A stretch of 64,000 bases of DNA from Catajapyx aquilonaris (lineage: Eukaryota): assembly GCA_000934665.2 (NCBI GenBank), contig KZ537999.1:62001-126000 (forward strand), given 5' to 3'. A program made the translations under genes and the position numbers. The notes beneath the pieces were generated by a model, which did no database searches, was not told where the DNA came from, and was given only the letters and a program-made list of their open reading frames with translations. Of the stretch, positions 1 to 13,717 are shown piece after piece; position 1 is the first letter of the stretch; the number at the start of each line of letters is the position of its first letter.

Positions 1-127
1 CATGCCCATCTCCTAAATTAATCCATTTAATTACACACGACGTACCCCGCAACAGCCGTACAGTTGCCAAAGGGCTCCATAATTAACATCTAATCATAAT
101 CCCTTCCAACCAGGCTTTAATAATACA

Positions 128-128
<1 letters not shown>

Positions 129-189
<61 letters not shown>
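129..189. repeat. (TAA)n microsatellite
   Basis: About 20 perfect units. Confidence 0.95.
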
Positions 190-3100
190 CCATTAAAATT
201 ATCATTCTTGAGTTCTACTTTTATCACTAAGCTTTGAATGCAGCAATAAATTTTATTTAACATCGTTGAGACGTAGACTTTGAAATAGGTAAAAATTCAT
301 TTATTTATAATTACCGGTATATATTTATATTTACATTATATTGTACCCAATTCGAAGGCCTATGGCCTTTTTAGAGGGACAAACATTCTGATGCAGAATG
401 GGTGTAAATAATGTAAGTATAATTATAAATAGGTAAAAATTATTCATAGATTCAACGTAATGTCGGATCGCGTTTCGACCGCGACTATCTGATCTTGGCC
501 GAGTCAGCCAGCCCAATATCATCAGAGTCGTCAACTTTGACCACATGAAACCTTCACGTGTGATTGTCCCCAAAAACCTCCGGATTTATTTCCCAGCCCG
601 CCGTGAAAAATTGTCGACTTGGGTGTGGTTCCAATCCCAATATCAGAAACGCACCCAAACGTGCGTGAGTGTCCCCCCCCCACAAAACGACCCCATTTCA
701 ATCGTCCCCTTCCTTCCATCAGGCAAATAATACTGAATATTTATAAAGAGTCCGTCCCATTTTTCCCGCCCCCTCCCCTTCTCTACAATCATAGGGATTC
801 TCCCTTTCCCATCTTTTCCATCCAGTGTGACACGGCCATAAGAGGAAGAAGTCGGTCGCATCCTCACCAAGCGGAATAGGAATAGTACATAAATCAAGGG
901 GGGGGGGGGGNGGGAGGCCTAGGGCTGGCTCTTCTTTTTATGATGGCAGCCGGCTTCCTCCAAACGGCCTTTTAGCCCATGTCTCAGCTGCGCCTAAAAT
1001 GCCCCAACTTACAATACCACGGATACGTGCATCATTATGTGAGCTCCTGGGATATGGGATTTGGTTTGATGGACATATTTGCCGCAAGGGAGGGAAAAAC
1101 TAGGAAAGAAAAAAAATATATTCAGTGAGAGAAAGAGAGAGGGTGAGAGAAAGACAGGAAAAAAGTATTGGATGACTTGCCCCAAACTTGCAGTGTTACC
1201 ATCAGTGGCAAGTTGATCATGGCTTGTTTTTACTGTTACGAGCAGAAAATGCTCAATTATTAATAAAAAAAACCTGCAATCTTTTTCCGCATCAAAAGCA
1301 GACCCCCCTGATTTAGAGCGAACCCATCAACAATAAACCAAGGAGTAAAGATAAACTCATTCAACGTAAACGTAATTCCTCCAACCCCGAAGCAAACTAA
1401 AAAATCTGCAAATGCGGGCAGAGATTTCCCGAAATCCAATGGCCACCTATAAGGAAGGCCATCTTGCCATGACATTTTTACACCCATCGGTAAAGGTGGC
1501 GTGTTTACTACATATTTTAATACCCTTCCCAGACAATAATTTTTAAATGTCCGCGGATTTTTTTGATGGATTCAAATTTTACCGAGGGTTAGCAACCTTA
1601 TCTGAGACGCTTCTAATTAATTGGAATGCTCCGTATACAAAAAAAATCGTAATGTACCGTGCAAGCCTTTTTGGAGCACCTGTCATCAACCTGAGGACAT
1701 GACTGGGCAATATTCAATTTGAGACCTAGGGAGGGGATAGATAGGGTCCAACTCACGCGAAGTGGCGGCTTCTATAAGCCAAAAAGTCAGCCCTTTTTAT
1801 TGCCCTAATTTAATGGTTTCCGCGAGTCATGAAACTGCGGGGAGTGCAATCGAAAAACTAGGGAGGAGAAATGGTCAAGGGGGGGAACTGTGGGCCTCCC
1901 TCAATCCACCACAAAAAAATACCAAGAAAAAGATAAAGCAATTGATTGGAGGTTCGTAGACTCGGTCCTGGGTCAAGATTCGAGAGAAATTTGGCCCCCG
2001 GGGTTATACACCCTGAGATATGTACAGTACGTGGCAAGAATTGTGGAAAAAAGTGGAGAGTTCATGCTAACCGTGAGGGAACAAAATATGCGGTTTCTTC
2101 ATAGGATGTCATATGTTCATGAAATATTCGGTATATACCAGGTTGCTGCAAAAGACATGCAGGGCTTTTGGGCGTTATTTATTCAGCAGTTCTGCTGCAT
2201 GACGAAACCGCGAAAAAAATATATTTATAAGCGAACATCGCTGCTATACCTGCGAATTTTCCCAAAACGAATAAATTTGACCCTTTTTTGACTAGAGGGC
2301 GGAACGTTATGCTCTAAAAAGCATTTCAGTAAACATTCACACGCATAATTATTCCAGCAACATGCGGACAAAATATGTTCATAAAGTTAGCCTGAAAATG
2401 ACAAAATGTAACAAACACTGAGAAGTTGTTTACCTCTAGCTGTAATAGCTCTGAAATCACGTATAATTTTCATGGCTTGTTAATACTCTTTATTAATATT
2501 GAATATGTTTAATGAGTCATTGCTTCTGCGAAAAAGTGACCATGCATGATAATGAACTCCTTCATATTATCCAGGGTCAGGCTCTGATTGCTCCCTCGTT
2601 AGGTATTTATAACGAGCCTACAATTGCAGAAGTATGTGTGGAAATAAACGAGGTCATGACACTATATGTGAGAACATACAACTTTCGTGCTGTAGAACTA
2701 CGACCAGAATTTACTTCATATTTGTGACGCCAGGTTGTTACATATACTCTTCAGTTTTACATGCATCCTAATTTCCAGTAAGTTTTCGTGCAACATATTT
2801 TTCTAAATTATTTTAACCTCATCGTACATTACGTTAGATTTTCACTAGATTCCTCTAGATTCCCCCTTCGTGCAGGATTAATGGTGAGTCAGCCCCAAAG
2901 TTCCTGGTATCCACCAATAAAAACTGGTGTATAAAAACTCTCCCTCCTGAAAATACCGGCAGGTACCGTTACACCAGGTAAAATAAAACGATTTCAACAA
3001 AAAAAAAATACCGAAGGGTGTTGTTGTATGTTAAGGGGCCTGCCCCAAGCTCGATCCCCAAAAGATTCCTTAGGGTTTGGATTGACGTCCCGATCAAGCC

Positions 3101-6100
3101 AGAAACCGCTTAGTAGCCAGGTGAAGGAGGTGTTGACAGTATTAATAATGCAGCCCCAACTGGGTTTGTGTTCCCCCCCCCCCCCCNCCCCCCCCTTTTT
3201 TTTGTTCTTCCATAATTTTTTTTCTTTCCTTATCGTGATTCGGTTATTGTTTTTCTCCGCCCAGGTTTCGTGCCCCGACCGGATCACGAACTCCAGCCCA
3301 GATAGACCCTTTGCGCGGCGACACGCATCCTTCTGTCGGGGTGTGACTCAGGGGGAGAAGTCACTAAAGGAGGGAATGCACCTAACAGGTGACGCCATGT
3401 TTATCGACCTCCTGATTATCTTCAAGAATGACAGGAAGGAGTCGGGAGAAGGTCATGCCGATTATGCGGACGTGATAAATCTGACCTTCTGCCTAATTAA
3501 CTCTTTACTTGATCATGTTCCGGTATGTCAATGTATATTCGAAACCATTTTGGGGATTACCGGATTGCCACGCATATGTTCTGCGCAGGTAAGGACTTCT
3601 GCGCACACGTACTGCGCAGATGTGTACCTTTGCGCATAAGTACTACGCAGGTGCGTGTACTGCGGATGTATGTCTACCAATATATATCGTACACGTGCTC
3701 AGTCCAGGTGCGCTCGAGGACCGATTTGCTGTCATTCGGACTTGTGCCCTCCTCAAAAGCCCTATTTACAAAACGCGGAGTAGGATAAGATATCAACCGG
3801 AAACATTTACTTAGGGAAGGTCGAACAGTCATTTAACTTTCATTGCGACATCGACAAGCTCTTAGTAGATTGTCGGTCGGCTTCAGAAAAAAAATACGAC
3901 ACGTTGGAGCAATCACTCGATAGTGTATATATATGTAGGAGAATTAACAGGATTGGTCATTACCAGAATAACAAATGAGGGTTGATCGAACTGGTTGGAC
4001 TACCCTTTTTCTTTTCTTTTTTTTTACATTTTTTATTTTTAGATATTCCTGTTGGGAGCCATGAATAATTTAAAAACTTCCACGTGGTTTTCTACGTAGG
4101 CCTAACACGACAAGCATTGATTTGAAAGGTTCGGCCATAGCTGTGTGGGGAATTCCATATATAGAATCCGCCGAAATCGATTCCCGGACAAACTACAGGG
4201 TGGGGCAACGTTGGACATCGCCCCGGATTAAATGATTCATAAAACATGTCCCAGTTCCACTCGCGACTTATGGCTGAATCCAGATTAAATAGTTATTAAT
4301 ATCTTGTGTGCACTTTCTCATCTTCGTGTGATAGTGATATCTACCAACTGCAAAGACACGTCTTCTCCTAATTATCCGGGTTACCGGCAGCGGCACAAAT
4401 GGCCTCCATTTTTAACACCCCCCAGTCCCGGAAAAACCTTCCCGGAAACCCGAGCTTTGGAAACCGTCCTAAGGTTCTAAAGCTGCTCTAATTAACCCGT
4501 CGCACCTTATTCCAAGCTCGAGCAACTTGATTTTCCAGAGAGGAGATAAGACCCTACCTCCGGATTCACAAACCGGGATACAAGCACTTTCCCCTCCCTT
4601 AGTATAAACCGGACCTTTGTTCAGTCCGCCGTAATTGAACTCGCAATAAACACTTGCTCTTGCCCCCCACCGGAATCGATGATGCTACCTCCTGGAAATG
4701 GGCCTTTTCCTACCCCCAAATATAGTCTAATTACCTCTCCTGCAATGAGACCGGGTTTAAGGGCGTGAATCAAGTCCGAAGGTGGAAAGAAACCAGTAAA
4801 TTTTGGGTCGACTGGACCTTTATCTCCAGTCATGAAGTGCGTGAACTGTCAGCGTTTTAGCCTGGACACAAACTGCTACAAAAAAAGAGAACAAAAACCC
4901 CCCAAAAAACACATAGAGATAGAGCCAATGACATTCCAGCTTTTCTAGGAATGAAGATAACGTTAGGCTAAAAGTTACTATTATTTTGGGTTTCTGTGCT
5001 TGCAGTCAATATCCAGAAAAAAAGGGTCACTCAACCCCGATAAGTTGTGTGTGGCTTTCATGTCGTGGCCGTAAACATGTCGCAGTGGCGCCTTCTCTGG
5101 CGTAATTAAAAGTCACAATTAAGGCCTCGTTTGTGGGTGAGTAATTTGGTTGGGCCAGAGTGCCCGACGGCCATTTGCAACAAAGAAAAAAGAAATTCTG
5201 CGGTAAAATATGACCACGAATATCAGATCGGGGGAGAAAATCCGAGATTCCGTATACGACGAGGAAATATTAATATATTAACGAAATATTCGGGTAAATC
5301 TACTGTAGACGATTGCTGAGAAGGAATTCCATATATTTTATTCGAGTAATGTGTGCAAACCAGTCCACAAATTTTATGACAAAAATAATGTTCGGATTTA
5401 TTTCATTCTTGCAGTGCACGTACGCTACATTTATTACCAACGTTTACATCGCAAGGTTCGTCCACCTGCAAAGAGATTGGTAAAACACGAATTGTCTAGT
5501 GCCGTTGTTCCTGTATAGTTACGGTCGTCGCGGTTGGGAATTGACTTTTAGGAGCAAAATAGAAGATGTGCATCGGGAGTGTTACGCGACAAGGCCAATA
5601 AATCCAGGTACCAAACCAGAAAAAGAAGAAAAAAAAACAACAACCAACAACAGGGAAGAGCCCGTAGCCTGAATTACCGGCTGGCGATAAGGTGTTAATC
5701 ACTGCCGGAATTTTTTCGTTGTTGTTGTTGTTTCTTTTTCGAGAGGCGTCGTTATCACCCCAACCCTTGTAACGCGTCAGAGAAACGTGACTTGAAATGG
5801 TGAATATGCAAGCGGATTCCTGAGCATTTTCCATGCACTATGGAGCCGAGCCAATCGGGGAATTAATTTCTGTCGCTTTGCCTGGTGCCCAACTCGATGT
5901 GTAAAAGATGTTGCGACACACACACTCCAGGGGTCAAACGGGGATGTAAACAAAACTTTTATATGCCTATTCGCTAAAGTGTTATGCCTTCTCAAGGACA
6001 ACGAGGTTCAGGTTATGGCCATACAGGCATAAATGATGAACTTCATTCATTGTATAAAAATATTTACCTGATCTCTACCATTCTATACTCCAGATCCAGG

Positions 6101-9100
6101 ATAAAAATATGGTAACCGCCATGTTTTTCTATCGAGCCCTTCATTTGACCCACAACCAGCAACAATGGCATTCTATACCACAAGGATGGTTAGAAACATT
6201 GATTTGTTATCTTCTCCACACCCAGCCCTCTTCACCCCTTTTCAAGACATAGTAAGGGAGTGGACTTGTTGCTACAAGTTGGAGGTTGGAACGTCAACGT
6301 TGGGAGGAAAAAGGGGGATTTCGAGACTGGAATGCTAATGAGATGGGAGAAACCGATAAAAAGGAAAGAGGAAAAAAAATCAGAAGGGGGGGAGAATTGG
6401 ATCAAGCCACCTTCCCCCCCTTTTCATAAAAAAATGACACCTGATGATGTATTTCAAGGTCGATATCACGCACTGTGTATAAAAAATTCCTTCCTGGTAA
6501 CATCTGTTGGGTGCTGGAAACAAACAAGGCTGGAGGGCTGCCACACTCTCTCATTTGACTCATGCCGAAATTGCTCCGTGATCAACTTCATATTTTTCTA
6601 TACGTCCACCGTCGGTGTGCCTGTGTATGTGCAGGCCACCATTGATGAAAAATCCCATTTCGGGGGGAACAGACTTCTCAAAAAGCCGACGTCGCCCTCT
6701 GGCCGTCATGTTGGAGATTGTTGCTGCTCGCAAGCTGACACCTGTCACGCCTTTTCAAGTAGGGAGGGCAGGGGGAAGGTGTTGGCTACCCTAGATACAT
6801 GCACGGAACATGGCTGACCCTTCGTGTGCCCTATAAGAACCATCTTGGATGAAATTTTTTGAATCACTCGGATGATTTTTGTGCCAATGTCCGACCCTTG
6901 CAGGTCGTTGACCGGCTGTCAAGGCCTTCCCCGCGAAATAAGACACAAACCATTAACATACTAATTAATCTTCAGGTAACCCGTTGAGTGAGCTGGCACC
7001 GAGTGGAGGCGGCCACTCCTTCCGATAAAGATGTAACTCCTCCTCCTCCTCCTTATCCATCTTTTTGGTCTGGGATTTTGGCCTGGCCCCGAAGAGGAAA
7101 AGAAGCAAGCAGCAGCAGGTGATGAGAGAGCGCATCGACGTGTGAAGCCAGGATAAAAGGCAAGCCGCCATTTGCTATTCCCCTACCATTATAATAGAGT
7201 CCTACCCGGGAGAGAAACTACGTCTCTCTTCTTCTTCTTCTTAGCTCTAGAGAAGACTCTTCCTCCCCAGTTAAAATTCCATAAATTGGATCCATGGCCC
7301 ACGAAAATCCCATCTGGTTTATACGCCGCCAGGAGGAAGCCTGACTTGCTCTGGATGAGGAGACTTTATCAGATGGTTATTGACTTCTCAGGGAGGAAAA
7401 GCTACTGCAGGATAATAATCCAGGGCCTAATGCTGTGGTGGATCCAACTAACAAGTGGATTACAACCAAATGCCGAGTATCGGATTGGCCGGGTTTTCAG
7501 AAAGGAGCGGCTGTTTGGCCAACAAAATACGGCGAAATAATCTTATCACGCTTGTCGATATCGAGTCGAGACGTATCAAAAACAATCCTTTTGTATTTTC
7601 CTACTTGCCCTGAAGCTCATTTACCAGCCAGTTCAACAGCTCATCGAACCAGAACTGCGGATGACACCCCCCAAAAGCTCAACAATGACAAATCACGCTC
7701 TTGTCCAACCGACCGACCAACCAACAACTCATGACATCCGACTACATATATATTTCCTTGCACAGCACCAACGCAATTAACAATCGAGCTGCAATTTACG
7801 ACCCTCGAGAAGAAGAAGCCCTTCCCACCCATTCATTACCACCCCCCCCTACGCCAAAATGTAACCCTCCCAACAATCGTGGGACCCAAGAAAGCATCTA
7901 GTAATTTACCAGACTCAGGTCGCGGGATGTTATCAAAAAGAGGAAAAGGTAAGCAGCATTTCGTGACATCTCTATCCTCTTGAAACAAGTCCTTGCAAGC
8001 TATAGAGTATGTTATCCTCCAGATGGTACCGATACCTGGGGAAGTCCCGTAACATTTCATTACCGGGACTCGTAATTGATGAACCTCATTATTTCTGTCA
8101 GTGATCCCAGCTGATTACAGGTGCATCTAGAGAGAATTATCTTGTTGAGATTCGAGTAAAACCCTGCAGTGTGTACGAAGATGTTCTCTAGGTGAAAGTG
8201 TGGGTTTTCTCGCCGTTTTTACCTAGGATAAACCGCTGCAAATAAACGCTCCAGGCCAACGTGATTTGAGCATTTCAGATCCAACTCATGAAACAGCTTT
8301 TGAAGACCTACCTCTCCGGTCCTCCGCTTCAAACCCTGTCCAACACCGCAAAAAAAACGTGAGTCATGCCCCATCATGTCCCTTCCCTCCCTTCCCCACC
8401 ATCCCCTTGAGGTGATAACGGGCATAATTAGCATGACATAGCAATCAATTAAAAGTCGCCTTTGTCCCCAGAGCTGACCCAGGTAATTTTATTACCTTTA
8501 TTATCCGGTTCCATCGCTTACGGTGAGGTCTGTCATTTGGATGGTGGGGAGAGGAGGAGGGGAAGGTCTCCCCTTCCTTATAATAAGGCCTCTCGACTGG
8601 TGTCCAAATTCACTCCCCTAGAGTGGAAATAACCACGTTGCGAATCAGATATAAGGGCTTATCTTCAGGGACCACGGGGGTTTGGTATGGAGGGTTGGGG
8701 GAGGAGAAAAAAAAGTTCCGGAAGTTGTACATCATAGGCTGGAAACATGTGAACGTGTCCTGTCCTCGCCCGTGGGATGTGGTCAGCAATCAATAATATT
8801 ATCACGTTAACGTGTACGTTGGGCCTACTGCCAAAAATGTGGGAAATGAAACAGTCATCTGCATATTGAAAATTCAAATTCTGAACCCTTAATATTTGAA
8901 GGGCTATAAGGAGAGAAACATGCGGTTAACTTGTTTTCTCCCGGGCACTTCATTTAGCAATACAATAAATTAATGGCTAAACTGCAACAGTACATACGAA
9001 TAACTTGGCTAATTCCATATATTAAAAGTTCCAATGTGTGAGATCACCGTTAGTTGTGGATATCAGTGAGAATGTTACGAGCATTTACTCCAGTCTAAAA

Positions 9101-11877
9101 ACAAGGCCCGAATCGGTCTCGTAGCCATGTTTTAAACCCCTTTCTCTTTATCTATTATTCCGTTGTTTTCCCTACCCTCAGGCCAGTTTAAAAAAAAAAA
9201 AGAAGTTCACGTTAATTTTTTAACCGATCTGGCTCTCTCACTGGCGAGATAATCAGCACCGAAACCGCAACTTGAAGTCACGTTGCACAGTTTTTCCTCT
9301 CTTCAGGGTGTGGGAGTATCTATACTGTGCAAGAGGGGGACCAAAAATGTGCCGAATCATGGTTGGCCCATTAGCAACCCGTTCCTCGCAAGGAGTTTTT
9401 CGGGACACAACCGACGTGCTAAAAGTTTTTCTCCCAGAAAAAGACACCCAACAATGGGCTCTTAACAATTTTTTTTCTCTCTCTCTCTACTTTTCACCAT
9501 CTTTTTCGCCCCCTCCCTTCGTCTTTTCCCCCCTTCCATCTTCAGCATACGGTCGGGTTGCCAGACTGCGCCTGTGAAATTTTCACCTTAATTTTCTGCC
9601 GAGATTTTTTAATTCAGGTTTCCACACGAAAGAAGTTGATGGAATGGAAGGGAGGTGGAGGATGGTGGGGGGGCTGCTTCACGCGTTTTAATAAAGAAGA
9701 GAAGAAGAAGACCCCCATCTCCACACCGCCCAAGGCGAGAACCGCGCTTCCAGTTGACGCCCATTGTCCCGATGCCACTGTTGCCAGATCAGCCAACATC
9801 TACAAAGATGGCTTCGAAGATCCACATTAATATTTGGCATGAAGGAAACACTGTTGAAATATTTTTAAAAACACACCTGGACATTTTAATCTAATGTGGG
9901 TAAATTGGCGAAGAAACCCGAATTTTTGCAACACTAGAGAAAACCTGCTTAACTTTAGGTTCATACGTATATAATTAGCTACAACTATCACGAAAATTAC
10001 TGGGGGAGCATGTCACAACCGATCTATTCTTGGTCCTGGCAAACTCCGACTGTGGCAAAATTTTCCAGCCAGCAATTTGCATGCAGAGTCGGCAACAATG
10101 CGGGGATAATTGTGACAACCGTTGGGGGGGTCGTTAATTAATTAAAAATAGTCCGTTGTCACGGCGTCCAATTTATGCTATTCTTTCATGGCCCGGGGTG
10201 GAAGGTTAGGTCCAGCTTTTGTTTCCAGGGGTGGCCACGTTGCAAAGGGGAGGGGTGGACTAATCCCCAGCAACAAATCGCGGTTACGGGAAAAGCCTTC
10301 ATTATTGAATGATAAAGGCAGGGGGGCTCGCACTAAAAAATTCGCGAAACTGCAGTCGGGAGGTAACAATGACAGAAAATGCTTGTAAATTTTGGATGAG
10401 TTGGGGATAAACTAATTATTCCCATTGGCACAATGCTTCTGTTCTGTCCTTTTATGCCAAAATTTGCGGAATTAAATGTTGTTGTTGAGAGGCTCAGAAG
10501 CAGCAACATTTTTCTGCCACTCTCAGAGTCTTGCGAGTGGTAGCCTACTACGTGGACAAACATATAGGCACAGACTCGAGCCAATTTTCTATGCTGTAAT
10601 TATGTGGATTACGTTGTTACTAACAGTGTGTTCAATGTTACATCGCAATTGCTTGTAACGTAGATTGACTCGTAAAAAAATATGAAATCAGGGTCATAAC
10701 CAGCCAAACTGTTGAAAACTGGTCAATTTCGTTTCCCCTAGCTTCTGATATTAGCTATTTGGAGGGAGGGGTGGTGAGAAGCGCCTGGTGGCCATCGGAA
10801 CCATTATTGCCCTCAACAACTTGTTATTAGCGCGGACGTACAGACGGCGCGGCGTTCATTCCACACATGGTGCGTGCTTGTTAGACTTTTTTTGTTGGTA
10901 GCCCTTGGAACTGGAAGGTACGAAGCAAATTTTCTGAAAACTCTCTTTGTTCAACACTGGACGCACTTGGATTCAGAATCGGCCATTATGACCTTGAAAC
11001 ATGTTCCCAGAGCGATTCCTCCGTCCATCCAATCCGTTATATATTTTTACCAGCCAGCCCTGAGGCACCGTCCAGCATAGGCCCGTATAGAACTGACCAT
11101 ATTGATTCAGTCTCCAGAATCAAGGGAGTTATTTTCCCCCGCCGGTTTGCAGAAGAGAACACACAAAGAGTCAACAAAAGGGGAATCCTGGGAGTCCCCC
11201 CCACGTGACGTCCGGAAATGAAGCGTGAATCGAGCTTCCAAGCAAAGGCCTCGATCACTTACTCGAGTGTACAAGAGGATCATTCTTCCCTTTTTGGGCC
11301 CACCCCCACCCTCCGTCTTTGATGTGATCCATCCCCACCCACCCCACACCCACTCTCCAAAACCCGGAATCCCATCGGACCAGGCCGCTTAATTTCGAAA
11401 TCCCGTATTCGAGGAATGCACGCGCCAAATTCACGCTTAATTATGCCTTAGCAGCTTTAAATTGAAACCCGGTTCCGTGGGCATTCCCAAAGTCCCATGG
11501 CTGTAATTGAATTCGAAGGAGGGGGAGAAGGGTACTACTAAGGGTTGAGGGGGGGGGGGGCTATTCTTTACTTTGGTCCCCCCTCATCTTTTTCTTGGCC
11601 ATCACCCCTTGTGTCTGGAAGACCTTCTGATTGGCCAGGAGCACAGCTTCTGTCTGGTTGCAATCCTCGGATGTTGCCATGGCTCCATCAAGCGCAATGC
11701 AATCACTTATACCAACCAGCATCCATTAAACTATTCCGAAAATGCAACGTAACCACTCTATATACACATAAAGGAATAATCTCGTCTGTATTATTTTCTG
11801 TCCGAAGTAGCCAGTCGTGATGCTACAGGCAACGCGAGGAATATCGACATATCGTGGCGCTCTATATGGCACCCATG

Positions 11878-11933
11878 AATATCGATACATCGTAGAAGTA
11901 ATATCGATGCATCGTGGAAGGAGATGTCGATAC
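11878..11933. repeat. Left part of the same minisatellite (2-3 units), separated from the rest by the transposon insertion
   Basis: AATATCGATACATCGTAGAAGTAATATCGATGCATCGTGGAAGGAGAT is nearly identical, in direct orientation, to 13503-13550. Confidence 0.8.
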
Positions 11934-12438
11934 CATAGATATCGGAATACTATTACATACCTAGATTGGCATTGCTATACTATCGATCGTCCCCACCAGG
12001 CGCCATGACACTTGTGGCAAGAAGGCGCGGGAAAACATGGGAAAGCATAGGAGAAGGATGCTGTTCACTGGTGCTGTGGACCTGTTCTCGTGCAAGTGCT
12101 GCGGAAATCATTGTCAGGTCACGTGTTGACTCTGGTTGAGCATAGGACATGCATATTATATCGGACGGAGTTATTTTTGAAATGATGATTAAGAAAAATG
12201 GCCAATTATGTATGACATGAAACAAATCACGAATTTCTGAAGCATTACAGAGTGTACATCAAAGTTATTCAATGGACCCTCTCCATGCCCACACATATGG
12301 TTTGCAATTTTTAATATTTAAAATGCCAAAGAAGGCACTTGGAATCCGCCATAATTTATTGTTTTTATAATGTTAGATTATTATGGATGATGGTCATTTT
12401 TAGTCTCACATTAATGTTAATATGTAGTAGTAGTATTA

Positions 12439-12442
<4 letters not shown>

Positions 12443-12480
<38 letters not shown>

Positions 12481-12482
12481 AT
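12443..12482. repeat. (AAAT)n microsatellite inside the TIR element
   Basis: Read directly from the sequence. Confidence 0.9.
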
Positions 12483-12609
12483 GTATACCCCGGGACAGGA
12501 CTCCTTGCCAGGCATTTTAGATCATTTCAATGATTGCCGCCCTGAATATTTAATATTAGAGTACTGGTAGCAGTTATTTAAATGAATCTCATTGAACAAT
12601 ATGTGCTGA

Positions 12610-12631
12610 CATCATCATCATCATCATCAAG

Positions 12632-12697
<66 letters not shown>
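12610..12697. repeat. Compound (CAT)n/(ATT)n microsatellite inside the TIR element
   Basis: Read directly; it explains the poly-Ser/poly-Leu ORF 12582..12815. Confidence 0.9.
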
Positions 12698-12698
<1 letters not shown>

Positions 12699-12796
12699 CA
12701 TGCACTGGCTCGTTTTAAATTTCGGTGGTCATATGCAAAAAAATTGCAAATTATGATCTTTCAAGCCCATCATGTTATCACTACTCCAGCAACATA

Positions 12797-12960
12797 CAGT
12801 AGACTCCGGTTATAACAGACTTCAAGGGACCGCATAAATCAGTCTGTTATAACCGAGTGCCTGTTATTAGCCATATACACAGGCCATATTATGGAAGTGT
12901 GGAGGGACCAGCATTTCCAGTCTGCTAGAACCGAGAATCTGTTATATCGGGAGTCTACTG
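12797..12960. mobile_element. Tc1/mariner (pogo/Tigger-like) MITE, 164 bp, TA target duplication
   Basis: TA|CAGTAGACTCCGGTTATAACAGA ... TCTGTTATATCGGGAGTCTACTG|TA: 23-bp TIRs with 2 mismatches. An internal repeated motif AGGGACC..CAGTCTG(T/C)TA..ACCGAG is also present. Confidence 0.85.
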
Positions 12961-13414
12961 TATATAGTGTACGTATTGTTAGACTGATCATATTCAGCTA
13001 TTACAATCGTATATAAATAATATATAATATATATTATATCGTCACTAATTAGTTACTTAGCCCTGATGCACATATTTCATGTGAGAGTGACAGAATTACT
13101 TAGCATGTTGCGACATCTTCATCTATTACACCGTGTAAGAGCGACACAATCCCTCACAATGTACTGTAATCGCTTACTACCGAATGCATTGGTATGTTTA
13201 GTTACCCGCAGGGTCATTATGTGTCACGTCCATGCGGAATCCCCGTCATAATAAGTTGAAAAGAGAGCAAATCCGAGCTTCGTATATGTAATTCCCTATT
13301 CCCGCCGTTTCTTTTTGCCACAAGTGTCATGGCCGCCAAGTATCCCCGATTATTTCCATCGTCCGCAATGGGGACTGCCAATCTAGGTATGTAATAGTAT
13401 TCCGATATCTATGG

Positions 13415-13717
13415 TCGATACAACTTGGAAGATAATATCGATACAGCTTGGAAGATAATATCGATACAGCTTGGAAGATAATATCGATACAGCTTGGAAG
13501 ATAATATCGATACATCGTAGAAGTAATATCGATACATCGTGGAAGGAGATATCGATACAACTTGGAAGATAATATCGATACAACTTGGAAGATAATATCG
13601 ATAGTCTGAAGTTAATATCGACGCATCGCAGTAGTAATATCGATGCATCATGGAAGAGGATATAGATGCATCGAAGGAATAAATATCGATACATCGTAGA
13701 AGGGAATAGCGATACAT
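13415..13717. repeat. Minisatellite, ~13 units of 20-23 bp (TCGATACAGCTTGGAAGATAATA and variants)
   Basis: Unit starts at 13415, 13438, 13461, 13484, 13507, 13529, 13552, 13575, 13598, 13618, 13640, 13663 and 13686. Confidence 0.9.

Larger units (their letters stand above)
11934..13413. mobile_element. Non-autonomous DNA transposon, 1480 bp, 38-bp perfect TIRs, 8-bp TSD (P-superfamily-like; hAT not excluded)
   Basis: CATAGATATCGGAATACTATTACATACCTAGATTGGCA (11934-11971) is the exact reverse complement of 13376-13413. GTCGATAC flanks both ends (11926-11933 and 13414-13421). A second 19-bp subterminal inverted repeat lies at 12002-12020 / 13315-13333. No transposase ORF. Confidence 0.88.

Noticed and set aside
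13415..13717. CRISPR-like appearance of the regular repeat array
   Set aside because: Units are head-to-tail without unique spacers, there are no cas genes, and the context is eukaryotic; it is a minisatellite.
13327..13717. Repetitive ORFs (YRYYLPSCID / VSILSSKL)
   Set aside because: Translations of the minisatellite.
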